NCBI GenBank assembly: GCA_964304625.1
Contig: OZ199838.1
Location: 13,679,002-13,743,001 of the forward strand
DNA length: 64,000 nucleotides
Origin: Kudoa neothunni
Lineage: Eukaryota > Animalia > Cnidaria
Direction of reading: 5' to 3'
How positions within the stretch are numbered: the stretch's first letter is position 1; every line of letters starts with the position of its first letter. The notes under the pieces are model-generated. The model saw only the letters and a list, made by a program, of their open reading frames with translations, did not search any database and had not been told where the DNA came from. A program made the translations under genes and the position numbers. Shown here piece after piece: positions 39,274 to 52,900 of the stretch.

Positions 39274-41143
39274 CAGGCATTGCCGTTTTCGAATTAAAAT
39301 CGTTGAATTTTTAACAAATTTTCGACCATTTTCCCTAGCAAGTTTAAATTTAAAATGGATAGAAAGCGAAGATCAATTGACAGTTTTTTGACAGAATAGG
39401 TTGATTTGGAAATTATAGGTGAAAATCTTGTTTGAAACTATTGCAAAATAAAACTACCTATGCAACAAAATAGAGTTGCAGAAGACGTCAACTCGAAAAA
39501 ACATATATCTACGAAATTATCTCATGAAAATTCCCAACCAGTTCTTAATCTTCTTGTTAGAGATAAGAATAACATTGATATCCAAATAGTTTTAGTTTCT
39601 ATGGTTGTATTCGATGGTCTTCCATTGATAAAAAAAGTATGTTACGCAAATTTTTGGCCAAATACTGTGTGCCATCCAGATCATTCCAAATAGTCGAGCC
39701 TTGGTTGAAAAGCAACTGCCATTTTTATTTCGACAAAATAATGAATGTGTGAAATTCTTGCTAAAAAATAAGCGATTTTCTCTCATTATCGATGAATCGC
39801 CAGATTTTAGAAATAGATCTTTGCTAAATATTTTGGCTTGTTTTGATGATCATGGAGACATCTACGAGGAGAGTACTTGTGCTTGATTCAAAAATTCTCC
39901 GTGAATGCAATGCCATTATAATTGCCAATGAAGTATCGGAAACTCTAAATAATTACGAAATTATATTGAAACAATGCATAGCAATTGTTTCTGATTCTGC
40001 ACCATATATGAAAAAATATTACAGAAGTATACATTGTAGATTTACTTCTGTAATATTAGGAAACCGTGTTTTTCACATTTCATCCATTTGCCCGGGAAAA
40101 AATCAATAGATACTGTATTCCATGATGTCATGCATTTTTGTATGAAATTTCCTGCATTGCTAAATAAAAACTAACTTTTTTCATTATTTAGATCAGCAAA
40201 AAATCGATTATCTTAAAGAAATTCCAGGAATTCTCCACATTAGGTGGTATAGCTTTTACAAGTGTTTTCTTTGCTGTAGATATTATTTCCCAGTAATAAA
40301 AAGACTCTTTCTGGAATCTGGACAATAATCTCTTTCCAAATTTATTGAATACATTGAACTCCCCGAAGAATCTTTTAATGAATTTTCTATTTATATACAA
40401 TTAATAATATCTTCCCTTGTTCCATTATAAAAATTCTCATCCTTAATTAAATCTGATAATTCCTTTGGACTTACACAACTTTACAATTGGATAAAAAATA
40501 AATATAATACTCCTAAAGGTGAAATATTGAGAAATTATGAAAATGTTATTTCAATATTTCCTCTTGGACGTCGACAAAAGATCTTGGAGAAAATGACACA
40601 ATTCATCGATTCTTTGATATTGGAACTATCTATAATAATGACAAAGCAGACTGAAGGTTGTTCCCCTTCACCTGATTTCTTAATAACGATGGATGGTCCT
40701 TATCTATGCAGTCCTAATTTTAAAGATGTTAATTTCGAACTAATTTCCTCTTATGTTGTAAGCAACGACCTTGATGGACTCAAGAGTGAATATATAAACT
40801 TCCCTAAATGTGACGATCAAGGAGGAAACTTTGAAATTACGCCGAGAGAAGAGTATGCCAGAAAGTATACCATACTTTCAAAAGTTACTTTAGATTTGAC
40901 GTCAATTCCGCTGTCTTCGATCACAGTTGAAAATAGTCTTTAAAATTAAAGCATATGTTGACCATGGATAGGACGAAACCGTCGCCAGATTGCTCTCGCA
41001 TGTTGTCAATATTATATTTTAATGGAAAATTAACTATTTAATTTAATATATCTTGATTTTGACGCTTGTTTTCTCAAATTTCTGCGGAGTACGCTATTGC
41101 ATATTGTAGGATTCAAAATAAATGTCGAAAACGGCAATGTCTA
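39274..41143 (+). mobile_element. hAT transposon with a disrupted transposase
   Basis: 19-bp TIRs CAGGCATTGCCGTTTTCGA and (rc) TAGACATTGCCGTTTTCGA. Motifs FSLIIDESPD, IAIVSDSAPYM and IPLSSITVENS (dimerisation domain). Multiple stops and frameshifts. Confidence 0.9.
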
Positions 41144-41180
41144 CCTATAATATTATCGCCGCTAACACTAATATCGCACC

Positions 41181-42130
41181 ATGTGGATTACCGGCCCACA
41201 AACACGATATATAAGGGTTAAGTCGCTATTTGCAAACAAAGCCACATAAAAATGATTGCACCAAGAAAGGCACTGGATGAAATTTTCAATGAAGGGAAAA
41301 ATTCCATTAATTATCTTATTTGATGTGACATTCTTGAAGAGCCTACTCGTTGCAGTAAATGTGGTGGAATAAGATTTTCGATACACAGAAAAAATTGGCG
41401 ATGTTATGCAGTCTCGCTGAAAAGAAGTCTATTTTTCACTATACGATCTTCAAAAATATGAAACTTAAAATTAACGATTCCATGGAGTTGGCTTATTATT
41501 GGTTAGTGGGTGTAAAAACCCTTAACTTGATCACTATAACTGGTCACTCTTCTCAAACTATCACAAACTACTCGCACTACCTTAGACAAATGATGGCTGA
41601 TAGTTTAAGGTTCGAAGACATCATAATTGGAGGAGAAAACACAGTCGTAGAAATTGATGAGTCGAAGATTGGTAAAATAAAGCATAACAAAGGCCATGGT
41701 GTTAATGGAGTATTGGTTCTCGGAGGTGTGGAAAGGACACCCCAACGAAGAATGTTTCTAGTGGGGATCTCTGATAGAACTACTGAAACTCCAATAAAAA
41801 AAATAAAAACCTATGTCAAACCAGGCTCCATTATCCTCACTGACTGTTTCAAAAGCTATGCCGCACTTCATAATTTCTACACTCACCTCATTGTTAACCA
41901 AGGTATAGAATATGTGGATAGTGTTTCAGGAGCTTACACCAACACTATTGAGAGCACTTGTGGTGTCATAAAATACCGAATATCTCCAAGAAATAGAACA
42001 TCATCAGTTAGTGAGGATGCAACTGTTCGTATAGATGTCATAAACGAATTTCTTGGTGAATTCCAATAGAGAAGAAGAAACCAGCATGACTTATAGAGTG
42101 GTTTCATACAATCTCAAAAAAATTAATCTA
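41181..42130 (+). mobile_element. Merlin (IS1595/ISXO2-like) transposase, slightly decayed; its left TIR probably lies at 39145, beyond the hAT insertion
   Basis: IGGENTVVEIDESKIG..K.NKG, VLGGVER, VKPGSIILTDCFKSY and TNTIES form the Merlin/IS1595 DDE signature. ggtacagtaggtaaccaattttccgtaatgacc (39145) has an inverted homolog at ~33938-33970. Confidence 0.88.
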
Positions 42131-42898
42131 CAACCAAACAACTCTTATTAGAGCCATGTTGTTGTGTTTTGTTAAAAAAATTTTTTTATAATAAATATAA
42201 GCACTACTTTATTGAGGATAGGGAGACGACTTAGACATCCAAAAAGCCACATCTGGCTGGCGAGCCAAAGTTCCCCACACCTGCATTAGGGGCCAGCAAG
42301 GAAGTAAGGTTAAGAACCACCGCTTCATAGTCTAACAAGCTTTAAATTTGTAACTGGAATTTTGCCTTGTTGGAAAAAATATTGATAAAACTTAATGTTT
42401 CATCTTCAACGAAAAATTCCTACTGCATAAAGCTTATCTCATTCCTTTGCTATTTCAAAGTAATATTTTACATAAAATGTATTTAATCGATACATTTTAA
42501 AATGTACGCATGTTATGTTTGGTCGAATATTAATGTCAAATATAAGCAATAATATATGCGTTAAAATTAAAGCAAAAATTAGATAATGACTTGAAAATTG
42601 TCTTTAATAAAAATACTAGGTAAGAATTACATCGTTTATTTTCGCAATATCGCATGTATCGAATCCGTTTTCAAATTCTATCTAGATTAACAACCAAGAC
42701 AAATTTTGTCATTAAAATCTTATTCGGCGCTACAACCTCCTCGAGGAAGTACCTCTGGCTTATACGAAACGTGTACAGATCAGAGGCAGTGAAAAAAAAG
42801 AAACTGTGAGTAAATTACAAAATTCATAGTTGGATTCTGATTACATATCAGTGATCACAAACTTATCTAAACATTTCAACAATATACAAACTGAGTGA

Positions 42899-45103
42899 CT
42901 ACTTGGATCGCTTCTTGTGACTATTTCTGTCATCATTATCTTCTGAATTTCTAAGCCACGATTCAATCAAAATTCAAAATCAAGCAACATACCGATGTTT
43001 TCGTTTCTTCCCCGCCTTGGCCTCAGAAAGAAATTCATCAAGTTGAAACGGATCTGGTTCTTGGACGACATTCTCGCGTTTTTCGAACTGGACAGGACCA
43101 TGTCTAGATGCGACACTTTCATCAGCACCAAAAAGACCTTTATCGTTGGCGAAGCGTCGTGTGTTAATGATATTTTCAGTGTCTTGACCATAGATCTCGG
43201 TTTCCAAATTTTTGGATGGTTTGTACATAGCACTACGATTTTCTGTCTTCCTCCATGGTTGATCGTACACATTGTAGATGTCGTCATCACCACCCTGGAA
43301 TCCACTGTCAAGTCCCTATAATAAAAGAATGACTACCATCTCCACAAGCCGCCAATCATAGCTAATAGAACTAAACAGCAGCACATACTTGTGTCTGGTT
43401 GAAAAGACGTTGATCAAACATAGCATCGTGAGAGAGTTGTGCTGAGGGCATACCCAAAGCAATTTTCTCGCTAATATCACGATCTTTCTCACGTTCCAGC
43501 ATAGATCTACAGATGGGCAGAAAAATTCACCAACAAACTATATTAGGTGTAATCAACCTTTTTTCAGCTCCCGCTCTAGCCATACGTCTTTCTCTCTCAC
43601 GTTCACGATGTCTTTCACGTCTCAATTCATTGCGTTCTAATGTGTCTTCATCGGCATCCAAATTTTCGGGAATTTGTTCACGTTCGGCGCGAGCCTTTCT
43701 AGCAAGTTCCCGCAATTTGGTTTCTTGTTCCTCTTTCTCTTTTTGGAGAACTCGCTTTTCCATCTGAGAACGCATTTCCACAGCTTCGCGAGCCTTTCTA
43801 TCAGCGATATAGAGTGCTTCGGCCAATTTTGCAAATTTATCGTTAATATGAGTATCCTGAAGTCCTCTTCCATCGGTAGCCAAACGTTTGTCCAATGGAA
43901 TCACATAACCCTACACACGAAACAACATTAGAAATTGCGCAATTAGAGAGACAATTGTTTGTACTTTTGGATTCTTCCAACTTGATATGCATGGTGGTAT
44001 TTTCCAATCATTTTGTTGTTCAACGGTAACCTACCCAGAAAAAATGGTGTGAGTTGAGATGCAATCATTTGCATAGAAATAATCACTTTTCGGGGAGGCG
44101 AGTGCATAACCGGAGCTGGTGGCGAACTGGGCGTCACCGGGACCTTGCCACTGACTCTATTATTCGTTGAAGTGAAATTTAAGCCATATATATTGATTAA
44201 ATACTTAAATCTCGGTGGAGACAGGGGATCTCGCTGTGCTTCCACCATTTTGACTATGCGTTGTTGAGCACCAGAATTAAAACCGGAACCATGTTGGGCT
44301 GGAGTGTATCTACTCGATATGTACCATTAATCCAACAGACAAATCAAACAGAATCCACCTTATATATTCGGCAGCACCTGATTTTTTGGCCACTCGCGTT
44401 GGCAACGAAGCTGCTATCTTGTTGGACACTTCAGTTTCCAATGCTTCTCTCGTTTGTTCGGTTATCTTCAATTATTGAACTTCAACAACTATTCTTCAAA
44501 CAAAAGTCAACTACTTTACGGATTTCTTCTTCGCCAGGTTTTTGCATATCATCCATATCCTCATCGTTTTTCATACTCATTGGTATGATGTCTTCAAACT
44601 TGTAGTGAATAATTTTCTACAATGACCGGCACTCACATAACCATCCAGATTTATAATTTTGAATTAAGTTACCTTATTATCGGATTCACTTCGCCTCAAA
44701 AGTGCATCGTATTTGATTTTACCCTCTGAATCCAATGTGACCGGTAGTGCATTCGATTTTTTCATCTACCACCACAAATAGTTATATTCACAATCAATTC
44801 TCAACAAAAATACTTCTTTCTTCCCCAAGTTATAAGGAAACTGGACGACATTGATTTCAGGATAGGCACCACCATCACCAAAATCTTCCAAACATTTTGG
44901 TTGCCAACTTTCTCGTTGTCCGTATTCTGGGATTGAGTTTTCGGCTAGCTCGTCCATATATGCCGAAACCTTAAAGAATCCATTTCAAAATACATCTCGA
45001 CGAAATGGTAGCTCACCGCTTTTAATGCTTGACTAACGTCTATATCATCGTCTTGGTCAGAATCGTCGTTTTTTGGTTTTGGGAGTACGTCTCGAAGCAG
45101 CAT
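42899..45103 (-). CDS. SNW1: SNW domain-containing protein 1 (SKIP/Prp45), about 12 exons
   Basis: EDFGDGGAYPEINVVQFP, YIRYTP, MVEAQRDPLSPPRFK, SPPAPVMHSPPRK, WKIPPCISSWKNPKGY, IPLDKRLATDGRGLQ, KLAEALYIADRKARE and GPVQFEK...DPFQLDEFL. About 11 short GT-AG introns. Confidence 0.97.
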
Positions 45104-45134
45104 TGTGTTTAATGCGCATGCGCATTAAACACAA
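45103..45134. promoter_or_regulatory. Perfect 32-bp palindrome with an NRF1-type TGCGCATGCGCA core, abutting the SNW1 ATG
   Basis: TTGTGTTTAATGCGCA|TGCGCATTAAACACAA read directly. The function is inferred. Confidence 0.6.
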
Positions 45135-46565
45135 CTTTACACTGCTCGGTGTGATTACTAAATTAAACTGAAAGTTTCTAATGTAGAGATTAATCGTATT
45201 AAATTCGAATAAAAAATTAAAAATAAAAAAAATATAATCTTGTTGCGTTTATTCATGTTCCAAATTTGAATATTTCGAATGCTAAGTCCCGCCATAGTAT
45301 TTTGAAGCAAGTTAACAATTTCAATCATTCTCAACATAAAGAGCTTAATTAATGAAAGTTTTGAGAGATAAAAAGTATCATAAATTATATTTAACATATT
45401 GTTATGTATTGTGCGCGTGTATAATTGTAGATACGTTTTTTCGCATTTCCCGGACAACTTATTTTTCAAAGCGAATGCTAGCACATAAAGTTTCAATTCT
45501 CATCGATACTGATAACAGATTGTGCATATTTCAATATTTTCGATGTTAATTGTGTAAAAATTCATCTAATTATCGTATAAATAATCTATAAATATTGGTA
45601 ATTATCAGTAAAGTCAAATATGAATTATTTAAAATATCTTTGTGTTAAATGCTGGGAGAAAGACCCCAAAATGATATACGAAGCTCATTTACTATATCCA
45701 TTAAAATACAACTTATTTTATTTAATAAACAAACAATCAATATTTGAATCAACAATAATTTTCATTTCACACAATCATTATATGATAAATTCAACGATTC
45801 TATCTTACACGTTCTTTATATTTATCTTGAAAGGCGTGTATAAAGATAAATAAATCATTCGATTCATCAATAAAATTTTAAAATTACTAAAATTTTGGTA
45901 TTGATGTCGAAACACTACCCTAAATCAAAATAGGAGATTAAAAAATAGAAGTGGCTATTGACACGGATCATAATATCCAGGTAAATATAGTTTTGACTGT
46001 ATTTAATTATTTTTGCCCTTTAGGAGCGGTTGCGATGGGCCAAAAATAATTAAGTACAGTGGTTTCTAAAAATAAACTTTATTGGTCAACTATAAATAGG
46101 GGTTGTCCAGGTTAAAAATTCCCGTGTCAATATTCAGTGCCTCAAAAAATTATTCTGTTTTTAATGACAAAAAATGAGTTTTAATTAAAAGATATAAATT
46201 ACAACGTAAACAGAACCTAAAATTGATTCTAGTAATAAAATTAATTTAATATTGGAATAAATAAATTATAATATGACGGATGGGGAACGAATTAGCATTA
46301 TTAAATCACAAGGCGATTTTTTGTCCGCGAGCGCAATGTCGTGGAAACATTTGGAAAAGGAAGTAGCTATTGGCATGATAAATAATATTCAGTTGACATT
46401 AGTTTTGATTATATTTAATTATTTCTGACCCTAAGAGCGAAGTGGTGGGTGGATCAGAAATAAATATAGCAGATTCTAAAAAATTATATCTGTATACAGT
46501 TTGTAAGTAAGAGTGGCTGAGATTAAGAAATTCTATTGAGCATGCGCGCATGCCATTTAGGATTA

Positions 46566-48227
46566 TCGTATATACTCGTGTATAAGTAGCACTTTTTTCA
46601 AAAAACGCGTGTGACTTATACACGAGGCATCGATGTTAAAATTAGGTTGGTAGATACTAAAATATATAAATCATCCGTAATACGTTTATGTTCTACTTTT
46701 TATCATTATATTGAAAAAAATATTGTTCTCATTAAAATGACGGAATTGTTTTGTTGATATTTAATATATATTTCACTTATGTTAGGATAATGAGTTCCAT
46801 TAAAAAAGATATTGCTATGACGCCAAATTAAAATTAAAAGTTGCAAAATATTCTATCGAATGTGACAACAATCGACTTGCGGCCAATAAAAATAGAGTTA
46901 ACGAAAAGAAAGTATGCGATTGGAGAAAATCTTTTCTGCAGTTGGAAGAAATGCCAGTTTCAAAAAAAAGCCAATAGGGAAAGAAGTCAAAATTTATGCG
47001 CGAAGAGGAAAAGTTAAACAGGTAAATAAATGAAATGAGACAAAGCGGATACGTAATGACGCGCAAAGCGATTCGATTAAAATCCAAAGCTATTACAAAG
47101 GACTCAAACTTTAAGGCATCTGCTGGATGGTGCACGCGTCTTATGAACAGGCATGGTTTGGCCCTTAGTCAAAGGACCAAAATACGCCAAAAACCTCCGT
47201 CCGATTTAGAAGACAAGATTATCAACTTTCATAAATATGTTATAGATACAAGGAACAAGAGAAATTAGGATATTAGTCGAATTCAATTGGAAACTTGGAC
47301 GAAACACCTATGTTTTTTGGTGCTCATGGTAGCCGGAAAGTTGATAATACGGGAACCAAAACCGTGATGGTTAGAACAACTTGTCACGAAACAAAAATTT
47401 TCCTGTCGTTTTAGCCTGTGTGGTGGATTGAACTAAATTGCCTCCAATGATAATTTTTAAACGGAAAACGTTTCCAATAGAAAAATTACTTTTTGGAGTC
47501 GTTGTTAATGTTCACGAGAAAGTATGGTCTCGTCGCCCAGGTGGTAATTTGGATATGAATATAAGTCTGTTAGTTTGGGAGGTGTTCCGAGCTCATCTCG
47601 TTGATGATATCTAAAACGACTATAAACCAGATACTCCTGTTATTCCTTGGGACTTAACCTCAATCTTACAACCTTTAGATGTTTCTTTAAATTTTCCATT
47701 CCAAAGTAATGTATGCGATAAATGGATCAAACAGATGTCAGACGGATTGGCGGAAAAGACAGCATTAGGAAAATTTAAGTGGCCTGCATACGCATTGGTA
47801 ACTAAATGGGTAAAAGATTCTTGGCTCTCCATAGACACGAGAATACAAAAATCGTTCAAAAAATGCGGCATTTTTAATGCGATGGATGGAACTGAAAACG
47901 ATATACTCCGGGAAGACGACGAAATACACAGTAATATGGAAGAAGAGATGGACGAGATTTACGACGATACTTTGACATCAGAACAAAGTGTACGCCTCTT
48001 CGATGAGGATGAGTTTTCGTCAGCTAAGTATGATGATGACGACAATGAATATTAATGGTCTGTTAATTTTTTTGAAAGAATCATTTTATTTGTTGTACAA
48101 TGAATATATTCCTTTTTTGTCTTAAAGTAATCAGATATTATTTAAAATATACTTTGTAAATTGCTAAAAGTTTAAGCATTAATAAATTTCTGGTTTATGA
48201 TTGCGACTTATACTCGGATATATATGG
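46566..48227 (+). mobile_element. Full-length but decayed pogo/Tc2-like (POGK-type) transposon
   Basis: TA TSD. TIRs TCGTATATACTCGTGTATAAGTAGCA and (rc) CCATATATATCCGAGTATAAGTCGCA. Brinker-like N-terminus (YDAKLKLKVAKY), FKASAGWC, GNLDETPMFF, LTSILQPLDVS and SFKKCGI. Internal stops. Confidence 0.92.
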
Positions 48228-48279
48228 TAAATTTTGCCGTACCAAAAAATAGTCTCTGACTATGAAAAATGAACGGTAG

Positions 48280-49560
48280 CGGAAATAAAAAGAATTAATG
48301 ATATGCTTTTGTTTGATGACCACTTTTAAAGTAAGGATGATTCAATAAATACATATCAATATTGGAAGTGTCACAAAAGATTAAGGTCCAATGCTGTAAA
48401 ATTCGAAATAATGAAAAAATTGGTTCTCATAACCACAATATATCCAATGAAAAAAGAATTTGATATTTTTTTCAAGACCAACAACGAAAATTGGATGAGA
48501 GTACATCATAATGCATCACTAAGGTATATAGTAACGCTTCTAACAGTCAAAATATCAACGACTTGCCTGCAGTGAAAACACCACACATATACAAAAATAT
48601 CCAAAACATATGGAACAAGAAGAAAATTCAAACAAATCCAGAATAAAACCTTTATAGTATAGTTCCTTAACAACATTACGGACGACTATTTCTGTATTAT
48701 AATTCTGGATCTACTGATGAAGCTAGAACAATTATATTTGAAACAAAGAATAATTTTTCTTATTTGAAAAATTCTAATTTCTAGATGGCTCATAATATTT
48801 TTAAGTTGCACCAAGAGAGTTTTGCCAACTTTACACCATTCATAGCAAATTTTAAAAGATTTTCCCCTCATATGTTTTGTTGCCCAATAAATACGAAAAA
48901 ACATGCGATAAAATTCTTGAGATTATCAATAATCAAAATTTAATGGAATTCCTGAAAAGATACTGGTTGAATTTACGTTTGGTTCTCTTAATGCCTTTAA
49001 AAACGCATCAAAATCAAATATATATACTTCATCTGGTTCCATTTTGGGAAATACATGTATAGAAAAATACAAATCTCGGGTTCTCAAAAGAATACAAAGA
49101 TAACATTTATTCTATACATTGTATAAAATGCTTTATATCTTTGGCATTCGTTCCACTAAATTAAGTTTAAGATGAATTTGAGAAATTGAAAAAAAAAATC
49201 CAACTATAAAAACAATAATTTAACTCCTTTTGTGAGTTATTTCGAAATAAAATTCATTATTAACACAAAATATGCTATAGAATGTTGGAATGCGTATACA
49301 AGAACACTTAGAGATTCAGCATACATCCAATTCATCTGAAATTTTCAGCCACATTCTAGTCTTGTTACATTCATAGAGAAATTCAAAGAGCATCAAAATT
49401 CCATCGAGTAATATATAATGTATCAAATGTGTAATCCTACTTCCCGATCCTCTCATAAGAGGAATTAATTGAAATTAGAAAATTTTAGAAGTATCTGCCA
49501 AAAATACAATCAATACTATGGCACCTATTACTCGGAAACAATCTCAAAATCATATAATTG
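48280..49560 (+). mobile_element. Decayed MULE transposase (boundaries approximate)
   Basis: Fragments YWKC (FLYWCH-like), WFHFG, WNAY and HSSLVTFIEKFKEHQ are typical of MULE transposases. Many stops. Confidence 0.55.
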
Positions 49561-49997
49561 GAAGTTATCTTAAGATCGAAATTTCCGAATTCATTATTAA
49601 ATATATTGTTTGTTTAGTGATTGCGCCCTTTTTAGTGATTTTTTGGTTTTCATTTAGCTACCTTTTGTTACTTAAAAAAATAATTATGGCCACAGTCATT
49701 CTTACGCCTCATTTTAAAACATCGAACCTCTCAATGGCGGGTTTATGGATTTATCGTAAGGGTCCTACAGAAGTATTCGACTTCTACCAAATCTTATCCA
49801 TTGTATCAACAAAGCAAGTGCAACAAATACTTCAAATTGATTAAATAATTAAAAATCGCAAGGCTTGGCGTAGAAAAAACACCTCAAATCAACTAATGAT
49901 ACAAATAAAAATACATCTTAATTTTTCTAACGGTCGGACAATCCAACTAAATGAACATGCTTTTGAGATGGGACGTATCCTAGCAGGAAATCCATCC

Positions 49998-52900
49998 TCA
50001 AAAATCAAACGAACTGTTGTCTGCACCATCTCTATAAGTATCCTCGCCAAAATCAGCAAGTTGTGACGAATTACTCTAGAAAAATATAACAACAGGCCAT
50101 CAATTAAAAATAACACAATCTACAATTCATACCACAACATATTGATCTAATATAAAAGAGGCGGTTTCTGAGATTTTCTTATTTGAATGCTGTTGGAGCA
50201 CATCAAGCGCATCAAGGCCTAATATTGATATATATATATATATAATTATGTTTTCTATGTTGAACCAAAACAATCATGGAACAAAATAAAAATACCTCCA
50301 TTCAGTTCAATTTCGTTGGTAATATAACCCCAAGGAATGCCCGAATTCTACATAAAATAGGGTAGAAAACAAATCACGTTAGCACATCGCAACTAATCAA
50401 TAATTGACAACATACATCGTAAGCGAATAAAAAAATCTCCATGCAAAGAAATGTCATCTAGCGATAATAAGAATAGGTAAATAACAAAGAAGTAATGGCA
50501 AACCTCGGGGTCATTGGATTCACCTAACATTGCACAGACGTGGCTGATTAACGATAATTTCATCAAAAACTGGATCTAATTATACATATTTGTTTAATTG
50601 TAAACGAAAATATTTGCATTGTCACCTGTTGTGGTTTCCCAGTGTATAAAATGTTACTGAGTACCCATAGAGCTTCTCTAGCGACAGGCTTTGTACCCTA
50701 TAGGCAAAAAACGACCATTTGATTATTCAGCTCAATTGGGACATGAAAAAAATCCAAAATACCTTAACAAATCTATCCATGACCTGATTAATGAGATCTC
50801 CTTCAAATATCAACTATAATAACCCCATCATATTAGTCGCGGAATTAAATATAAATACCGCCATTTGTGCATTGTTTCCAGCAGCAATGTTAGATATAAA
50901 CCATAAACATTCCTAAAAACGGTTGCTAAAAACACCACACGTATTATAGAAGATACTTTTTGAATGACTGCATTTCCACTACGAATATGATTGGATATAA
51001 TTGGCATCAAGCCCATGTTGATAACAAATTGTGTAATATCGTCGTCGTTGGTTACGAGATTCCCAAAAGTACGCAGCGTTGGATGCTACATAATCAAAAT
51101 AAGCATATTTTATTGTTTTCAAACAAAAGTAATACAACAAAATTTATGAAAACTATCCTAACGCAAATAATAAAATTAAACATTAATTCATACAAGTTCT
51201 ACTATCAAAATAATCTAGTTTATTCATTCAAGTTTATTTACAGTTAAACATTCACCTAACTGGGATGTGTAATATTTAATGTATCCATAGTTATGTTTTA
51301 TTTTTAAAATAAGTTGCTGATTTTTAAGTTTTTCGCGAAGAATAGCAATCAGTTTAAATTAAAATAATTTTTTTATTCCAATAAATCAAACAATCAATAG
51401 AAAATTAGATTTTCTCCCTGACGTGAGAATTGATTAATTAATAACGTATACCGGGAGCTTTCGATCATTTTTTCAAATTTCCCCAATCCCCTTAAATTGG
51501 GAGCCAAATTCATATTTGCATTAGAGTTTCATACTGGTTTAGCTATGGCAGAAGTTATAACCACGGTAATTTCTAATTCTAAAATGCATGTACGCTTGTA
51601 TAATGATAAATTTTAATCCCATCAAATTTTATTCACAAGCTGTCTACCGATTTATTTTTTTTTTAATTTTCTAAATTCAATTATTTCTGGCCCATTTCTT
51701 CACTCTTAGAGACCAGAGACAATTAAAAGTAGTCAAAACTAGTGACACCTAAATATTTTTTACTATGCAAATAGTCACTATTAGTATTATTATTCGACTA
51801 CATCACTATAAATTAACGAGCCATAAAAGGATGAGATTTATCATAATTTGCGATAAATAGAAAAAATTACACAAGAATGATCGACAAACCGCGAATAAAT
51901 TTTATTAAACTCATGAACTTATAATTCAATTATGTAGTTTTTTCCTTCCCGATTGCAGTCACTCTAAACCCCCTTAGTCTTCATATTGTTTTAAGCATTT
52001 TAGGAAGTGTAAAATCCACATAAAAATGTAGGAACAGACACTGAAACTAAAACCTTAGTATTCCGGTATATTTAGTTGATTTCATATGGTCTAATAAATT
52101 AATCCATTGCGATCTAATTGGAGCGCAATTCTTTTAAAATACAAGTTACAATCCTCAACGTTTAGCTGTCAGATTCAGCACACGTTTTCTGATAATCAAC
52201 TTAATTTCTAACGAAGATTATTTTTTAAACAATCTATAGTATCAAATCTTTTAATTTACGTGTGATACTATATATACATAGAACAATATCATCCAATCAA
52301 AAATGTGCAAATTGTGAAATTTACACATAATTAGTTTAACATTCAGAGAATTGTTTTTCAAGACGTTGGAGAGTTTCAAATCTTTGTCGGTGATTACAGA
52401 AAGTATCTTCTCCTTTACCGACGGGAGAATAGATATTAAATCATCAATATTCTAGTTTAAAATAACTTTTTTTATTATAAATAATACATGCACTACTTAT
52501 ACGAATCGTTCTGTGGAAAATCGTTAACGGTTAGGTATTGGGGAACACTGAAGAAAGTTTAAAATATGAATTCTGAGTTTTTATCGTGAATCCAATAATA
52601 AATAGGTTGCATCTACCCAAAGTAATTCTGGAAAAAACTTTGTTCATCGAAAAATCTTTAAATATTATTTCACAAAGCTGATTCGTATCCCCCGTAAGAA
52701 TTCTAACCTCACAATTATGATCCGGAGTTAAAATTTTATATAAATAGATTATTTCATTACGTTAGGAAGATATTTTTCTCGTATAACGAATGGGATCGAG
52801 TGTAATTATTTCACCAGTTTCTTATTTTATTTTAGACTGAAGCATTTTTTCATTAGCAAACAGAAATTAATTTTGATATTAATTTATTATTGCCGTCTAA

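Noticed and set aside
41359-42069. Bacterial IS1595 contamination
   Set aside because: It is contiguous with eukaryotic TEs and intron-containing genes at the same base composition; it fits the eukaryotic Merlin superfamily.
37528-42283. One 4.7-kb hAT element defined by the cattaggc/cattaggg TSD
   Set aside because: The two termini are not good inverted repeats of each other, and similar TSDs are expected from the shared nnnTAnnn preference. Left unresolved.
42995-44605. Plus-strand ORFs overlapping SNW1 (and similar shadow ORFs over cyclin E, DRG1, XRCC3 and the TEs)
   Set aside because: These are antisense or alternative-frame by-products of real coding exons with no recognisable motifs.
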